DNA from: Spirochaetia bacterium
GTDB lineage: Bacteria; Spirochaetota; Spirochaetia; SZUA-6; Bin103
Assembly (NCBI GenBank): GCA_965203905.1
Contig: CBDBDQ010000005.1
Location: 6,240,001 to 6,304,000 of the forward strand
DNA length: 64,000 nucleotides
Direction of reading: 5' to 3'
Both the position numbers and the translations under genes were made by a program. Position 1 is the stretch's first letter; each line of letters begins with the position of its first letter. Below, piece by piece: positions 1 to 10,498 of this stretch. Below the pieces are notes generated by a model. The model worked only from the letters and a program-made list of their open reading frames with translations. It was not told where the DNA came from and searched no databases.

Positions 1-944
1 TCCGGCTCCTCCATCGGCTGCGTCGTGGCGCGGAAGCGCTCGCGGATGTACTCGCTGGGCAGCCTGGTGAGCCACGGAACCTCTTCCCGCAACCCCTTGT
101 AGTTCTTGTCGAGGCGCCACATCAGCGGCGGCAGCCAGGCGAAACCGCCCTCGATGAGGCCGATGCGGCACTCCGGCAGCTCCTCCAGCACGCCCTCGCA
201 CACCAGGCTGATCACCTGCGACTGGAACGCCTGCGCCATGCCGGTGTGGTCCTCGATGTAGTAGGACGGCCAGCCGACACCGGTGATCGCCGTGCCCCCG
301 CCGCCGAAGTGGATGCCCACCGGCAGCCCTTCCTCGGTGGCCGCGCGGAAGATCGGCCGGAAGCGCTGCCGGCCGTACGGCTCCGGCGAGCGCACCAGCA
401 ACAGCACCTGCACGAAACGCCCGTCCCGTGCCACGGCATGAATCTCCTCGGCCGCGGCCTCCGGATCCTCGATGTTGACCACGATGGAACCGCGCCAGCG
501 CGGATCGGCGTCCAGCCAGTGGGCCGCGGTCCAGCGGTTCACCGCGCGTGCCAACTCACTGCCCAGGTGCAGGTTGCGCACCTGGGAGTGGGCGTACAGC
601 GGATTCAGCACCGCGTAGGTCAGGCCCCAGGTGTCGAGCAGCTGGTGCGCCGCGAACTGCGGATCGGTGCCCGGCTTGCCGCCGCCCGGGGGATAGGCGT
701 CGCGCCGGGCGGCGTTGGCATGCACCTTGGGATAGAGGTTCGCCAGCGGCCCGGGGTATTCGATGTGCTCCACGAACGAGCGCCAGCGCGGCGCCATGAA
801 CGGCAACAGCACCTCAATCGACTCGGGGTAGTTGTGGGCATCGCAATCGATGTAGCCGGTGCTGCGAGGCCGGGCGGAGCCGTTGTGCTCCTGCGTGTGC
901 TGGGCCGGCGCTCTGGCGCCGGGCCGCGTCAAGATATCCGCCAT
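1..944 (-). CDS. Amidohydrolase family protein (Amidohydro_2-like), 3' end outside window
   Basis: Not in the ORF track because it has no stop in the window. Manual translation from ATG 944 gives MADILTRPG...[11 protein letters not shown]...[15 protein letters not shown], with a DxDxH metal motif and [12 protein letters not shown] near the window edge. Confidence 0.8.
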   Translation of the reverse strand, partial: MADILTRPGARAPAQHTQEHNGSARPRSTGYIDCDAHNYPESIEVLLPFMAPRWRSFVEHIEYPGPLANLYPKVHANAARRDAYPPGGGKPGTDPQFAAHQLLDTWGLTYAVLNPLYAHSQVRNLHLGSELARAVNRWTAAHWLDADPRWRGSIVVNIEDPEAAAEEIHAVARDGRFVQVLLLVRSPEPYGRQRFRPIFRAATEEGLPVGIHFGGGGTAITGVGWPSYYIEDHTGMAQAFQSQVISLVCEGVLEELPECRIGLIEGGFAWLPPLMWRLDKNYKGLREEVPWLTRLPSEYIRERFRATTQPMEEP

Positions 945-1011
945 GAGTCGCATCATAGCGTATCCGGCGCATCCCTTGCATCTCTTGCGGCGACCGGATA
1001 TTACCTCTCCC

Positions 1012-2760
1012 ATGACACACTTCGTGAGCTGGCGCGAGCGGATGCGGGGCCGCAACGCCGCGCCGGTGGTGGATCACCCGTCCCTGTCCTGGTGGCGCGA
1101 GGCGCGCTTCGGAATGTTCATCCATTGGGGTCTCTACGCCATCCCCGCCGGGATCTGGAAGGGCGAGCCGGTGGAGGGGATCGGTGAGTGGATCATGTTC
1201 CGCGCGCGCATCCCACGCCGCGAATACGAGCCGCTGGCGAAACGGTTCAACCCGACGCGGTTCGACGCCCGTGCGTGGGTGCGGCTGGCGCTGGACGCCG
1301 GCATGCGCTACCTGGTGATCACCGCCAAGCACCATGACGGGTTTGCGCTGTATCGTTCCCCCTGCTGCCCCTACAACATCGTCGACGCCACGCCGTTCGC
1401 TCGCGACCCGCTCGCCGAGCTGGCGGAGGCGTGCCGGGAGGCAGGCCTCAAGCTCGGCTTCTACTACTCCCAGGACCAGGACTGGCACGATCCGGACGGG
1501 TCGCGCAACGATTGGGATTTCGTGGAGGAGGAAAAGGACTTCGCCGCCTACCTGGAGCGCAAGGTCAAGCCGCAGGTGCGCGAGCTGCTCACCCAGTACG
1601 GCCCGGTGGGCCTGATCTGGTTCGACACGCCCTACACCATCAGCCGCGAACACAGCATCGAGCTGCGCGATTTCGTGCATCGGCTGCAGCCCGACTGCCT
1701 GGTCAGCGGCCGCATCGGCAACGACGTCGGCGACTACGGCAGCCTGGGCGACAACCAGATTCCCGCCGGCCGGGTGCGCGCCGACTACGAGACACCGGCC
1801 ACGCTCAACGACACCTGGGGCTTCAAGAGCACCGATCACAACTGGAAGTCGGCCGAGACCCTGATCCTGCTGCTGATCGACCTGGCGAGCAAAGGGGTCA
1901 ACTACCTCCTGAACGTGGGTCCTACGGCGGAAGGGGTGATCCCGGAGCCCAGCGCGGAGCGGCTGCGCGCCATCGGCGCCTGGATGCGCACCAACGGCGA
2001 GGCGATTTACGGCACCGGTGGCAGCCCTTTTCCCTACGAGCACGACGGACTGCGCATGACGGTGAAGCCGGGGCGCCTGTTCCTGCACCTGCTGCAGCCG
2101 GCGGCAACGCTGGTGATCCACGGGCTGCGCACCAAGGTGACGGGCGCACGCCTGCTGGGGTCGACCGCGGCGGTGCGCTGCACGCAGGACCGGACCGCCG
2201 CCGGCGAGGTCGACCGCCTGTCCCTGGATCTGCCCGACCTGAGCGGCTGCGACCAGGTGCCGGTGGTGGCCCTCGATCTCGCCGCCGAGGCCGAGGCCGA
2301 TCCTCTCACCGTGCAGCAGCCCGACGGCGCCATCCACCTCCACGCGCACCTGGCAAGCGTGGCCAGACCCGACGACTCGACGCTCGAGATCCTCTCCAAC
2401 GGCATGACCGCCGGTTGGATGGACACCGCGAGTGAGCTCTCCTGGCAGGTGAAGGTGTTCCAGCCCGGCAGCTTCGAGGTGGCCGTCGTCGCCGCGCCGG
2501 TCTACGAGACCACCGAGGTGAGCGAGCACCGCCTGGAGATCGCCTGCGGGGGCAGCTCGGCCGGCGGGCCGCTGCGCGACGCGCGTGCGCTCGATTCCCC
2601 GCGTGCGCAGTACTTCCCCGAGTATTCGGTGCCGCTCGGCACCGTCGCGGTCGATGCGCCGGGCACGCACCGCTTCACGCTGCGCGCCACCGGCATCGTT
2701 GCCGGGACGCCGGACGGCGTCACCGTGTTCGGCGCCACCCTGCGGCAGGTTGCGCCGTGA
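1012..2760 (+). CDS. Alpha-L-fucosidase (GH29) with C-terminal beta-sandwich/CBM-like extension
   Basis: [37 protein letters not shown] motifs; ATG 1012 preferred over the longer ORF start. Confidence 0.93.
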   Translation: MTHFVSWRERMRGRNAAPVVDHPSLSWWREARFGMFIHWGLYAIPAGIWKGEPVEGIGEWIMFRARIPRREYEPLAKRFNPTRFDARAWVRLALDAGMRYLVITAKHHDGFALYRSPCCPYNIVDATPFARDPLAELAEACREAGLKLGFYYSQDQDWHDPDGSRNDWDFVEEEKDFAAYLERKVKPQVRELLTQYGPVGLIWFDTPYTISREHSIELRDFVHRLQPDCLVSGRIGNDVGDYGSLGDNQIPAGRVRADYETPATLNDTWGFKSTDHNWKSAETLILLLIDLASKGVNYLLNVGPTAEGVIPEPSAERLRAIGAWMRTNGEAIYGTGGSPFPYEHDGLRMTVKPGRLFLHLLQPAATLVIHGLRTKVTGARLLGSTAAVRCTQDRTAAGEVDRLSLDLPDLSGCDQVPVVALDLAAEAEADPLTVQQPDGAIHLHAHLASVARPDDSTLEILSNGMTAGWMDTASELSWQVKVFQPGSFEVAVVAAPVYETTEVSEHRLEIACGGSSAGGPLRDARALDSPRAQYFPEYSVPLGTVAVDAPGTHRFTLRATGIVAGTPDGVTVFGATLRQVAP

Positions 2761-3545
2761 AGCTGGGCTACAGCGCCATCTTCTGGCAGGAGCCGGACCT
2801 GGAGCGGTGCCTGGCCGAGCTGGCGGCCGCCGGATGGGAAGGCTGGGAATGCCGCCTGCCGCTGGACTGGCTCGGGCCGCCCGCCCGCGTCCGGCGCGTG
2901 TGCGCCGACGCCGGCATGCCGCTGGCGGTCTACACCGCGCGCGGCAACCCCGAGGACCGGAGCTGGAGCAACACCGAGGCGAACCGCCGGCGCATCGAGT
3001 TTGCCGCCGAGATGGAGGCCGACTGCTTCATGTTCATGACCGGTCCCAAGCCGGCCGGCCGCGCGGTCACCGCCGGCGATCTGCAGGCCGCCGCGGAGGC
3101 GGCCGACGCGTGGGCGGAGTATGGCGCGGCCCGTGGCGTCGAGTTGAGCTACCACATTCACACCAACACCCTGGTCGACTCGATGGCGGACTGGCGCGCC
3201 TACCTGGGGATGCTGCAGCGGGCGCAGCTCTGCATCGACGTGTCCCACGCCCAGCTCTGGGGCGCCGATCCGGTGGCCGCGCTGCGCGAGTTCGCGCCGC
3301 GCCTGAACTACGTCCACCTGCAGGATTACCGCTCCACCTCGCGCGACCCCGACGGTACCTATCAGCCGGTGTGGTGCGACGTGGGCGCCGCCGAGGCGGT
3401 CGACTTTCGGGCGGTGATGGCGGTGCTGGCGGAGATCGGCTTCCAGCGCTGGGTCACCGCCTGCCCGCGGCGCGGCGACGAGCCGCTGGCCGAAGCGCGC
3501 CGCAGCCGCACCGCGCGCGACTACCTGCGCCGCCTCGGTTATTGA
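2757..3545 (+). CDS. Sugar phosphate isomerase/epimerase (xylose isomerase-like TIM barrel)
   Basis: YHIH, LCIDVSH, YVHLQD motifs; GTGA overlap with the fucosidase. Confidence 0.8.
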   Translation: MKLGYSAIFWQEPDLERCLAELAAAGWEGWECRLPLDWLGPPARVRRVCADAGMPLAVYTARGNPEDRSWSNTEANRRRIEFAAEMEADCFMFMTGPKPAGRAVTAGDLQAAAEAADAWAEYGAARGVELSYHIHTNTLVDSMADWRAYLGMLQRAQLCIDVSHAQLWGADPVAALREFAPRLNYVHLQDYRSTSRDPDGTYQPVWCDVGAAEAVDFRAVMAVLAEIGFQRWVTACPRRGDEPLAEARRSRTARDYLRRLGY

Positions 3546-3706
3546 GTCCCGCGCCCGCGCGAGCACGGCTGCCCGTTCATGCGCCAACGGGCACAGCGAG
3601 CACAAAACGGGCACGCGTCTTGTTGGCAACTGCGCGGTGATGAGATAGAGTCGCAAGTTACGGAATAGGCGCCGGGCGGTCGTTGCCGGCGCCGAAGGAG
3701 AGAGAC

Positions 3707-5017
3707 ATGAACCGCAAACAATGGTTTCGGTTGGCCGCGGCGTTGCTGCTTGCCGGCAGCGCACCGCTGGCGCTGGCGCAGGAGCTTTCCCTCCTGCAGT
3801 GGAGCCACTTCGTGCCGCGCTACGACAAGTGGTTCGATGCCTGGGCCGAGGATTGGGGCGAGGCGAACGGAATGAGGGTACGTGTCGACCACGTCAACGT
3901 GGCGGAGCTGCCGGCGGCCCTGACCGCGGCCATCGAGGCCGGCGAGGGCCCCAGCATCATCGAGATGGCGTTCCCGCCCACCGCCTTCATCGAGGGGCTG
4001 CACCCACTCAACGACATCAACGCGGCGGCGGAGGCCGAGCACGGGGAGCGCACCGCCAACTGCCTGGCCACCAGCTACCTGCCGATCAACGACACCTTCG
4101 TCGGCTTCACCCACGGCTACATCCCCGACCCGGGCGACTACCAGATCAGCCTCTGGGAGGACATCGGCATGCCGGCCGGTCCCTCCACCTGGGACGAGCT
4201 GTACGAGGGCGGGCGCGCGATCTGGCAGCAGCACGGCGTCCCGGTCGGCATCGGCTTGAGCCCCGAGCTTGACAGCCGCATGGCCACGCGCGCGGTGATC
4301 TGGTCGCACGGCGGCAGCGTGCAGGATGAGAATGAGAACGTGGTGCTGAACTCACCGGAGACTGTCGCCGCGGTCAAGTACTACGCCAAGCTGCAGAACG
4401 ACGCGATGACCGACGAGGTCTTCGGCTGGACCGCCTCCTCCAACAACCAGGGGCTGATCGCCGGCGAACTGAGCTACATCCTCAATTCGATCTCCGCCTA
4501 CCGCTCGCTGCAGAAGATCGACGAGGAAGCGGCGGCCGACATCGGCTTCGTGCCGGCGCTGGCGGGTCCCGCGGGCGCCTTCGCCTCCAGCCACGTGTGG
4601 CAGATCTACGTGATTCCCAAGTACGTCCAGGGCGCGGAGCTGGAAGCGGCCAAGAAGTTCATCCTCGACCACACCGCGGTGTACAGCGATGCGGTGTACA
4701 ACTCAGAGCTGTACAACTTCCCCTGCTACCCGAGCACCGTGCCCGAGCTGTCCGGCTGGGTGGAGAACGACCCGTTCGGCTCGCAGCCGGCGGACAAGCT
4801 CAAGGTGCTGGAGACGGTCAACGACTGGTCGGTGTACATCGGTTACCCGGGCACCGCCAACCCGGCCGTGATGCAGGCATTCGGCGAGAACCTGGTCGTC
4901 AACATGGTGGCCAGGGTCGCCAAGGGCGAGCAGAGCGCCGAGGATTCGGTGGCCGAGGCGCACGCGCGTGCGGAGGAGATCTTCGCCGACTGGCGCGCCC
5001 GCGGCTACCTGCGCTGA
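3707..5017 (+). CDS. Carbohydrate ABC transporter substrate-binding protein
   Basis: Signal peptide, QWSHFVP, TWDEL; RBS AAGGAG upstream of ATG 3707. Confidence 0.88.
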   Translation: MNRKQWFRLAAALLLAGSAPLALAQELSLLQWSHFVPRYDKWFDAWAEDWGEANGMRVRVDHVNVAELPAALTAAIEAGEGPSIIEMAFPPTAFIEGLHPLNDINAAAEAEHGERTANCLATSYLPINDTFVGFTHGYIPDPGDYQISLWEDIGMPAGPSTWDELYEGGRAIWQQHGVPVGIGLSPELDSRMATRAVIWSHGGSVQDENENVVLNSPETVAAVKYYAKLQNDAMTDEVFGWTASSNNQGLIAGELSYILNSISAYRSLQKIDEEAAADIGFVPALAGPAGAFASSHVWQIYVIPKYVQGAELEAAKKFILDHTAVYSDAVYNSELYNFPCYPSTVPELSGWVENDPFGSQPADKLKVLETVNDWSVYIGYPGTANPAVMQAFGENLVVNMVARVAKGEQSAEDSVAEAHARAEEIFADWRARGYLR

Positions 5018-5072
5018 CCCGTTGACGCGGGCCGACCGCTTGGTTTGGTCGGTCCACCGTGGCGGTGACGGC

Positions 5073-6260
5073 ATGTTGATACATCGGCTCAAGGTGGCCG
5101 GCCTGTTGTCGTTCGGGCCGGAAGGGATCGACCTGCCGTTGCAGCCGCTCAACGTCCTGATCGGTCCGAACGGCTCGGGGAAGTCGAATCTGCTCGAAGT
5201 GCTGGCGCTGTTACGCGCGTCACCGGATGACCTTCCGGCGCCAATCAAGGCGATAGGTGGCGTGGAGGAGTGGCTGTGGAAGGTGCCGACGGTTGCCGGC
5301 CTGACGAATGCGGTGAGCGTGGCGACCATCGACGCGGTCGTCGAGTCTCCGTCGCAGGGAAAGATGCCGGTACGTCATGTCCTGGAGATCATTCGGCACG
5401 GCGACCGGTTCGAGGTCGCAGACGAACGCATCGAAAACGAACGTCCACAGCAAGGCTTTCAAGACACATTCTTCTATCGCTACCAGAGGGGAGAGCCGGT
5501 CATCAATGACCCGGAAGTCCGTGGGCTTCGACGGGAGAGCGTGAAACCGGAGAAGTCGATCCTGTCGCAGGTGAAAGACCCCGAGCGGTATCCGGTTCTC
5601 GGCTGGCTCCAGGAACAATACGAACGGATCCGCCTGTACCGGGACTGGACGTTCGGTCCGTCTACGCCGCTGCGGCGCATGCAGACCAGTCACGGCAGAG
5701 ACGACATTCTCGACGACGGCGCCAATAATCTGATTCTCGTGCTCTCCAACATTCTGCCGCGCATCGAGAATCGCTTCGTCGATGCGCTGCGCCAATTGTA
5801 CGAAGGCGTAGATGGTATCTACGTAACGATTCGGGACGGCAACCTCCTACTGTCTCTGAAAGAGAGTGGCGGGCGTCTGATCACCATGGCCCGTCTTTCC
5901 GACGGTACGCTGCGGTATCTGACACTCCTGTCCATCTTGTTGCATCCCGAGCCTCCGCCGCTGGTTGCGATCGAGGAACCGGAGCTCGGGATTCATCCGG
6001 ATCTGATCCCGGAGATAGCCGAACTCCTGGTCGAGGCGTCCGGGCGCATGCAACTCGTGGTGACGACCCACTCCCGGATGCTGGTAGATGCGCTTACCGA
6101 GCACCCTTCCAGCGTAGTCGTATGTACCAAGGAGAATGGCGAATCGCAGTTCGAACGTCTGGACGAAGCGCACTTGAAGAGGTGGTTGGAGGATTACAGC
6201 CCAGCGGCAACGTTAGGCGACCTCTGGAGTAGCGGGGACATCGGGGGCAACCGTTGGTAA
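5073..6260 (+). CDS. ABC-type AAA_21/AAA_15 ATPase (defence/TA-associated type)
   Basis: Walker A GPNGSGKS, LSDGT signature, IEEPE Walker B, TTHS; C-terminus LGDLWSSGDIGGNRW typical of DUF4276-paired ATPases. Confidence 0.88.
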   Translation: MLIHRLKVAGLLSFGPEGIDLPLQPLNVLIGPNGSGKSNLLEVLALLRASPDDLPAPIKAIGGVEEWLWKVPTVAGLTNAVSVATIDAVVESPSQGKMPVRHVLEIIRHGDRFEVADERIENERPQQGFQDTFFYRYQRGEPVINDPEVRGLRRESVKPEKSILSQVKDPERYPVLGWLQEQYERIRLYRDWTFGPSTPLRRMQTSHGRDDILDDGANNLILVLSNILPRIENRFVDALRQLYEGVDGIYVTIRDGNLLLSLKESGGRLITMARLSDGTLRYLTLLSILLHPEPPPLVAIEEPELGIHPDLIPEIAELLVEASGRMQLVVTTHSRMLVDALTEHPSSVVVCTKENGESQFERLDEAHLKRWLEDYSPAATLGDLWSSGDIGGNRW

Positions 6261-6634
6261 GCGCGGTCATCTACACCGAGGGTGGCGGCGAAGGGCAACT
6301 GCATGAAAGGAATTTCCGCAAGGGCTGGAGCGAATTCTTCAGATCGGCCGGTCCTTCCGGCCGCATGCCTGCCATCGTACGAGGCGGTGGGCGCAAGCAG
6401 ACGTACGAGAAGTTCGCTCATGCAGTTCGCAATCCGAATGGTCGTAAGCTCCCTGTCGTGCTGGTAGATAGCGAAGATAGAGTCAAGGAAGCACACACCG
6501 CATGGCAACATCTGCAGAGTCGTGATTGCTGGTCGCGACCGCGGCGTGCCCGGGACGATCAGGCGTTTCTCATGGTAGTGGCGATGGAGACGGGATCGGT
6601 TGCGAGGCCTGTCGTGATCCATGATAACGACTGA
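6254..6634 (+). pseudogene. DUF4276-family TOPRIM-like protein, C-terminally truncated
   Basis: IYTEGGG, VLVDSED, AWQHL, LMVVAMET. Similarity stops where the family normally continues (METWFLAD...); only 126 aa. Confidence 0.72.
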
Positions 6635-6706
6635 TCCGATTGCAGGGACGCCGCTGCCCCGTGAGGTGACCACAGCCAATGGCCGGCGATCTGCTCAGGA
6701 GCGGGC

Positions 6707-7777
6707 GTGAGCGCGGTACGCTTGGCCGGGGTCGTGAAGCGGTTCGGGGATGTCGTAGCCGTGGCGGGGGTCGACCTGGAGGTGGAGTCGGGCGAGTTCC
6801 TGGTCGTGCTGGGACCTTCCGGGTGCGGCAAGACCACGCTGATGCGCACCGTGGCCGGGCTGGAGACGCCGACCGCGGGGCGGGTGCACATCGGCGAGCG
6901 CGACGTAACCGCGCTGCCGCCGCGCAAACGGGGCATCGCCATGGTGTTCCAGTCCTACGCGCTCTACCCGCACATGACGGTGGCGGGCAACATCGCCTTC
7001 CCGCTCAAGGCGCAGGGGCGCTGTCCCGACCGCGCGGAGCGTGCCGAGCGAGTGCGGCAGGCGGCACGCAAGGTGAGCATCGACCACCTGCTCGGCCGGC
7101 GCCCGCGCCAGCTCTCCGGCGGCGAGCGGCAGCGGGTGGCGATCGCGCGCGCAATCGTCACCGAGCCGGAAGTGCTGCTGCTGGACGAGCCGCTCAGCAA
7201 CCTGGACGCCAAGCTGCGCGCCTACGCCCGCGACGAGTTGAAGTTCTTCCAGCGCGAGCTGGGCATCACCACCATCTTCGTGACCCACGACCAGATCGAG
7301 GCGATGGGCCTGGGCGACCGCATCGTGGTGATGGAGCAGGGGCTGGTGCAGCAGGTGGGGCCCCCGCAGGCGATCTACGACCGGCCCGCCAACACCTTCG
7401 TGGCCACCTTCCTCGGCTCGCCGGGCATGAACCTGCTGCCGGTGGCGGAGGATGAGCTGCTCGGCTTCCGGCCCGAGCACCTGCAGCCGGCAGCGGACGG
7501 GGCGACTGCCGCGGGCTCCGCCCGGCGCTTCGACTACCAGGTTACGCGCCAGGAGTACCTGGGCGCCGACCGCCTGCTGTACGGCAACGTCGAAGACTTC
7601 CAGGGCAACCCGCAGCTCACGCTCGCCCGGCTGCCGAGCACCGTGACCGTGGCGCTGGAGGTGGGCAGGAGCTACCCCTTCGCGGTCACGCGGGCACACC
7701 GCTTCGACCGCCGCAGCGGCCGGCGGATGCAGGACGCCGCCGCCGCAGGCGCGGGAGTGGGGACCGCCGCGCCGTGA
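6707..7777 (+). CDS. Carbohydrate ABC transporter ATP-binding protein (MalK-like)
   Basis: [27 protein letters not shown]. Confidence 0.95.
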   Translation: MSAVRLAGVVKRFGDVVAVAGVDLEVESGEFLVVLGPSGCGKTTLMRTVAGLETPTAGRVHIGERDVTALPPRKRGIAMVFQSYALYPHMTVAGNIAFPLKAQGRCPDRAERAERVRQAARKVSIDHLLGRRPRQLSGGERQRVAIARAIVTEPEVLLLDEPLSNLDAKLRAYARDELKFFQRELGITTIFVTHDQIEAMGLGDRIVVMEQGLVQQVGPPQAIYDRPANTFVATFLGSPGMNLLPVAEDELLGFRPEHLQPAADGATAAGSARRFDYQVTRQEYLGADRLLYGNVEDFQGNPQLTLARLPSTVTVALEVGRSYPFAVTRAHRFDRRSGRRMQDAAAAGAGVGTAAP

Positions 7778-8772
7778 CCGACAGCCGCGTGCAGCCGGCG
7801 GCGGCCGATCGTCCGCCACCGGGCAGCGATGCCGCCTTGGAGCGCGGCGGTGTGCTGGACAACCGCCGCCTGATGGGGTTCGCTTTCCTGGCGCCGGCGG
7901 TGGTCTACATCGTGCTGCTGATCGGAGTGCCGTTCGTCACCGCCTTCGCCTACAGCCTCAGCGACGCCACGGTCGGCAACACCAGCTTCCGCTTCGCCGG
8001 CCTGCGCAATTTCGAGATCGTCCTGAGCGCGCCCGACTTCCACGCCGCCCTGCGCAACACGTTCGTGTTCACCCTCGTGGCGCAGGTGTTCGTGCTGGTC
8101 CTGGCCAACATGCTGGCGCTGATCCTCACCGCGCCGCTGCCGCAGAACCGCCTCGTGCGCGGCGGCATGTGGGGCGCGCGGCTGCTGCTGATCATGCCGT
8201 GGGCGACGCCGCTGGCGCTGTCGGTGATCGGCTGGCTGTGGATGTTCGACTCCAAGTACAGCCCGATCGACTACCTGCTGGAGCAGATCGGCCTGCTCGG
8301 TCCGGGCACGGTGTGGGGTCCCGCGCGCAACCTGACCTGGCTCGGCAAGACCTACCTGGCCAAGGCATCGATCATCTTCGTGCACGTGTGGCGCATGACG
8401 CCGCTGGCGACGGTGATCCTGATGGCCGGTCTGTCGAGCATCCCGACCGACATCTCCGACCAGGCCAAGGCGGACGGCGCGCGCTACTTCCGTGCCCTGT
8501 TCCAGGTCAAGCTGCCGCTGATCCTGCCGATCATGCTCAACTCGCTGCTGTTCTCCTTCATCTTCACCTTCGGCGACCTCACGGTGGTGTACGTACTGAC
8601 CCGCGGCGGGCCGATCAACCATACGCTGACCCTGCCGATGTACAGCTTCCTGGTCGGCATCGACGGCGGCAACCTGTCGCAGGGGGCGGCCATCGCGCTG
8701 TTCATCTTCCCGGTGCTGCTGGCGGTGGCGATCGTGATGCTGCGTGGCGCCAGCCGGGCGCAGGTGCGTTGA
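7774..8772 (+). CDS. Carbohydrate ABC transporter permease
   Basis: Multiple TM helices, EAA-like loop DQAKADGA, LTRGGP. Confidence 0.93.
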   Translation: MTDSRVQPAAADRPPPGSDAALERGGVLDNRRLMGFAFLAPAVVYIVLLIGVPFVTAFAYSLSDATVGNTSFRFAGLRNFEIVLSAPDFHAALRNTFVFTLVAQVFVLVLANMLALILTAPLPQNRLVRGGMWGARLLLIMPWATPLALSVIGWLWMFDSKYSPIDYLLEQIGLLGPGTVWGPARNLTWLGKTYLAKASIIFVHVWRMTPLATVILMAGLSSIPTDISDQAKADGARYFRALFQVKLPLILPIMLNSLLFSFIFTFGDLTVVYVLTRGGPINHTLTLPMYSFLVGIDGGNLSQGAAIALFIFPVLLAVAIVMLRGASRAQVR

Positions 8773-9665
8773 TGGCGGATCCCGCGACGGCGAGCGAACG
8801 GGTGCGCGGCTCGTTCGCGCGCGTCAGCCCGCGGCGCGTCATCAGGGGCACGCTCTACACCGTGGCGGTGCTGCTGTTCTGCTTCCTGGCCGTGGCGCCG
8901 TTCCTGGTGATGGGCATCACCACCTTCCAGACCGACAAGGACCTCTACCGCCGCGACGCCAATCCGTTCGACTACGCCGAGGCGCCCACCCTGGAGCACC
9001 TCGACAACCTGTTCAACGACACCAACTACGTGGTCTTCATCCGCAACTCCATGGTGGTGGGCGCCGCCGTGGTGGTGATCACGCTGCTGCTGGCGCTGCC
9101 GGCCGCCTACTCGCTGGCGCGCCTCACCGGGCGCTGGGGCGAGCGCGCCGGCATCCTGATGTTCATCGTCTACCTGGTGCCGCCGACGCTGCTGTTCATC
9201 CCCCTGTTCCGCATCATCGTGGCGCTCGGGCTGAGCAACTCGCTGCTGTCGCTGATCGTCGTCTATCCCACCATCACCGTGCCGTTCAGCGCCTGGCTGC
9301 TGATGGGCTTCTTCAAGTCGATCCCGCCGGAGACCGAGGAGGCGGCGCTGTGCGACGGCTACCACCCCTACGGCGCGTTCCTGCACGTGGCGCTGCCGCT
9401 GGCGCGCCCCGGCATCATCTCGGTGATCGTGTTCAGCTTCACGCTCACCCTGCACGAGTTCATCTACGCCCTGGTGTTCATCACCCGGTCCGAGTGGCGC
9501 ACCCTGAGCGTCGGCGTGCCCTCCGAGCTGATCCTCGGCGACGTGTTCTTCTGGCAGCCCCTGCTCGCCTCCGCCCTGATCGTCGCCATCCCGGTAGGGC
9601 TGGTATACAACGTGTTCCTCGACCGCCTGATCCAGGGCTTCACCGTCGGCGCGGTCAAGGGTTAG
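8772..9665 (+). CDS. Carbohydrate ABC transporter permease
   Basis: EEAALCDG loop, C-terminus GFTVGAVKG; ATG 8772 overlaps the previous stop. Confidence 0.93.
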   Translation: MADPATASERVRGSFARVSPRRVIRGTLYTVAVLLFCFLAVAPFLVMGITTFQTDKDLYRRDANPFDYAEAPTLEHLDNLFNDTNYVVFIRNSMVVGAAVVVITLLLALPAAYSLARLTGRWGERAGILMFIVYLVPPTLLFIPLFRIIVALGLSNSLLSLIVVYPTITVPFSAWLLMGFFKSIPPETEEAALCDGYHPYGAFLHVALPLARPGIISVIVFSFTLTLHEFIYALVFITRSEWRTLSVGVPSELILGDVFFWQPLLASALIVAIPVGLVYNVFLDRLIQGFTVGAVKG

Positions 9666-9669
9666 ATTG
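9570..9669 (+). repeat. 100-bp direct repeat, copy 1 (3' end of permease gene including stop)
   Basis: Aligns without gaps to 11845-11944 with 11 mismatches (counted by eye). Confidence 0.95.
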
Positions 9670-9781
9670 AGGCTGTTCGCTCAACATCGAGCGGGCACGT
9701 CGGATCGGCAGGCCGTTCGTCACGGCCCGGCACCCGCGAGATTCGCCTCCGCGCTCCGCGTGCTCACAGAATGAAGAACCG

Positions 9782-10498
9782 GTGATGGCATCATTGAATG
9801 ACTACGCGCAGATGAATGTCGAAGAACTCAAGCAAGACCCTGTCAGCGCTCTGAATATCTACTGCTTGATGAGTCAGACAAGATGGAGAATGGATCTTCA
9901 CGAGAGCCTGATCGAACAGATGAAGACTCGTTTTTCGACACCAAGCGAAGCCGCCGATAGCGAAGCCTTCCTAACCGATCTCTACGGGATTCTGACGGCG
10001 TGGTACGGGAACCGCTCATGGCGGTTGATAGAGTTCGGTGATAAATTCAAGATTGCAGTGAAGCACGCTGCTGCGCACCTGGATTACTTGAAGGATCTCC
10101 GCATCGAGAATGTTGGTCCTACTCAGGTAGGATGCATCACCGATACTCTATGGCGTGTAATTCAGAACCTGAGCATTACTAGGGGAAGAGCCAGAATCGT
10201 CTCAGGGACCAAGGCCATTCATCATCTGGTCCCTAACCTGATTCCACCGATGGACGTGCGGTACACGGGCACGTTCTTTTTGAAGCGCAGTGAGATTGGA
10301 CAGGTAGAACGACAACAGTCCGTCTTTCGTCTCATCTTCGGCGCCTTTGTTGATCTATCTCAATGCGTCAGCAGGAATTCGGAATTCATGGCCTGCGTTG
10401 GCACCGGACTCCACACCTCACTTCCAAAGGCGCTAGACAACACGATAATCGGGTTTGTAGACCGGAAGCTCGGAGAGCAACCGACAACATACCCATGA
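9782..10498 (+). CDS. Hypothetical protein, HhH-GPD/OGG-like DNA glycosylase-like motif
   Basis: IVSGTKAIHHLVPNLIPPMDVRY resembles the (S/T)KxLHxxxPxxxPxxD glycosylase motif; visibly lower GC than flanks. Confidence 0.55.
   Translation: MMASLNDYAQMNVEELKQDPVSALNIYCLMSQTRWRMDLHESLIEQMKTRFSTPSEAADSEAFLTDLYGILTAWYGNRSWRLIEFGDKFKIAVKHAAAHLDYLKDLRIENVGPTQVGCITDTLWRVIQNLSITRGRARIVSGTKAIHHLVPNLIPPMDVRYTGTFFLKRSEIGQVERQQSVFRLIFGAFVDLSQCVSRNSEFMACVGTGLHTSLPKALDNTIIGFVDRKLGEQPTTYP

Noticed and set aside
9661-9667. GTTAGAT (GTTRRRY) at both repeat ends as integron core sites
   Set aside because: It is simply Gly codon plus stop of the permease; no attC hairpins follow the cassette genes.
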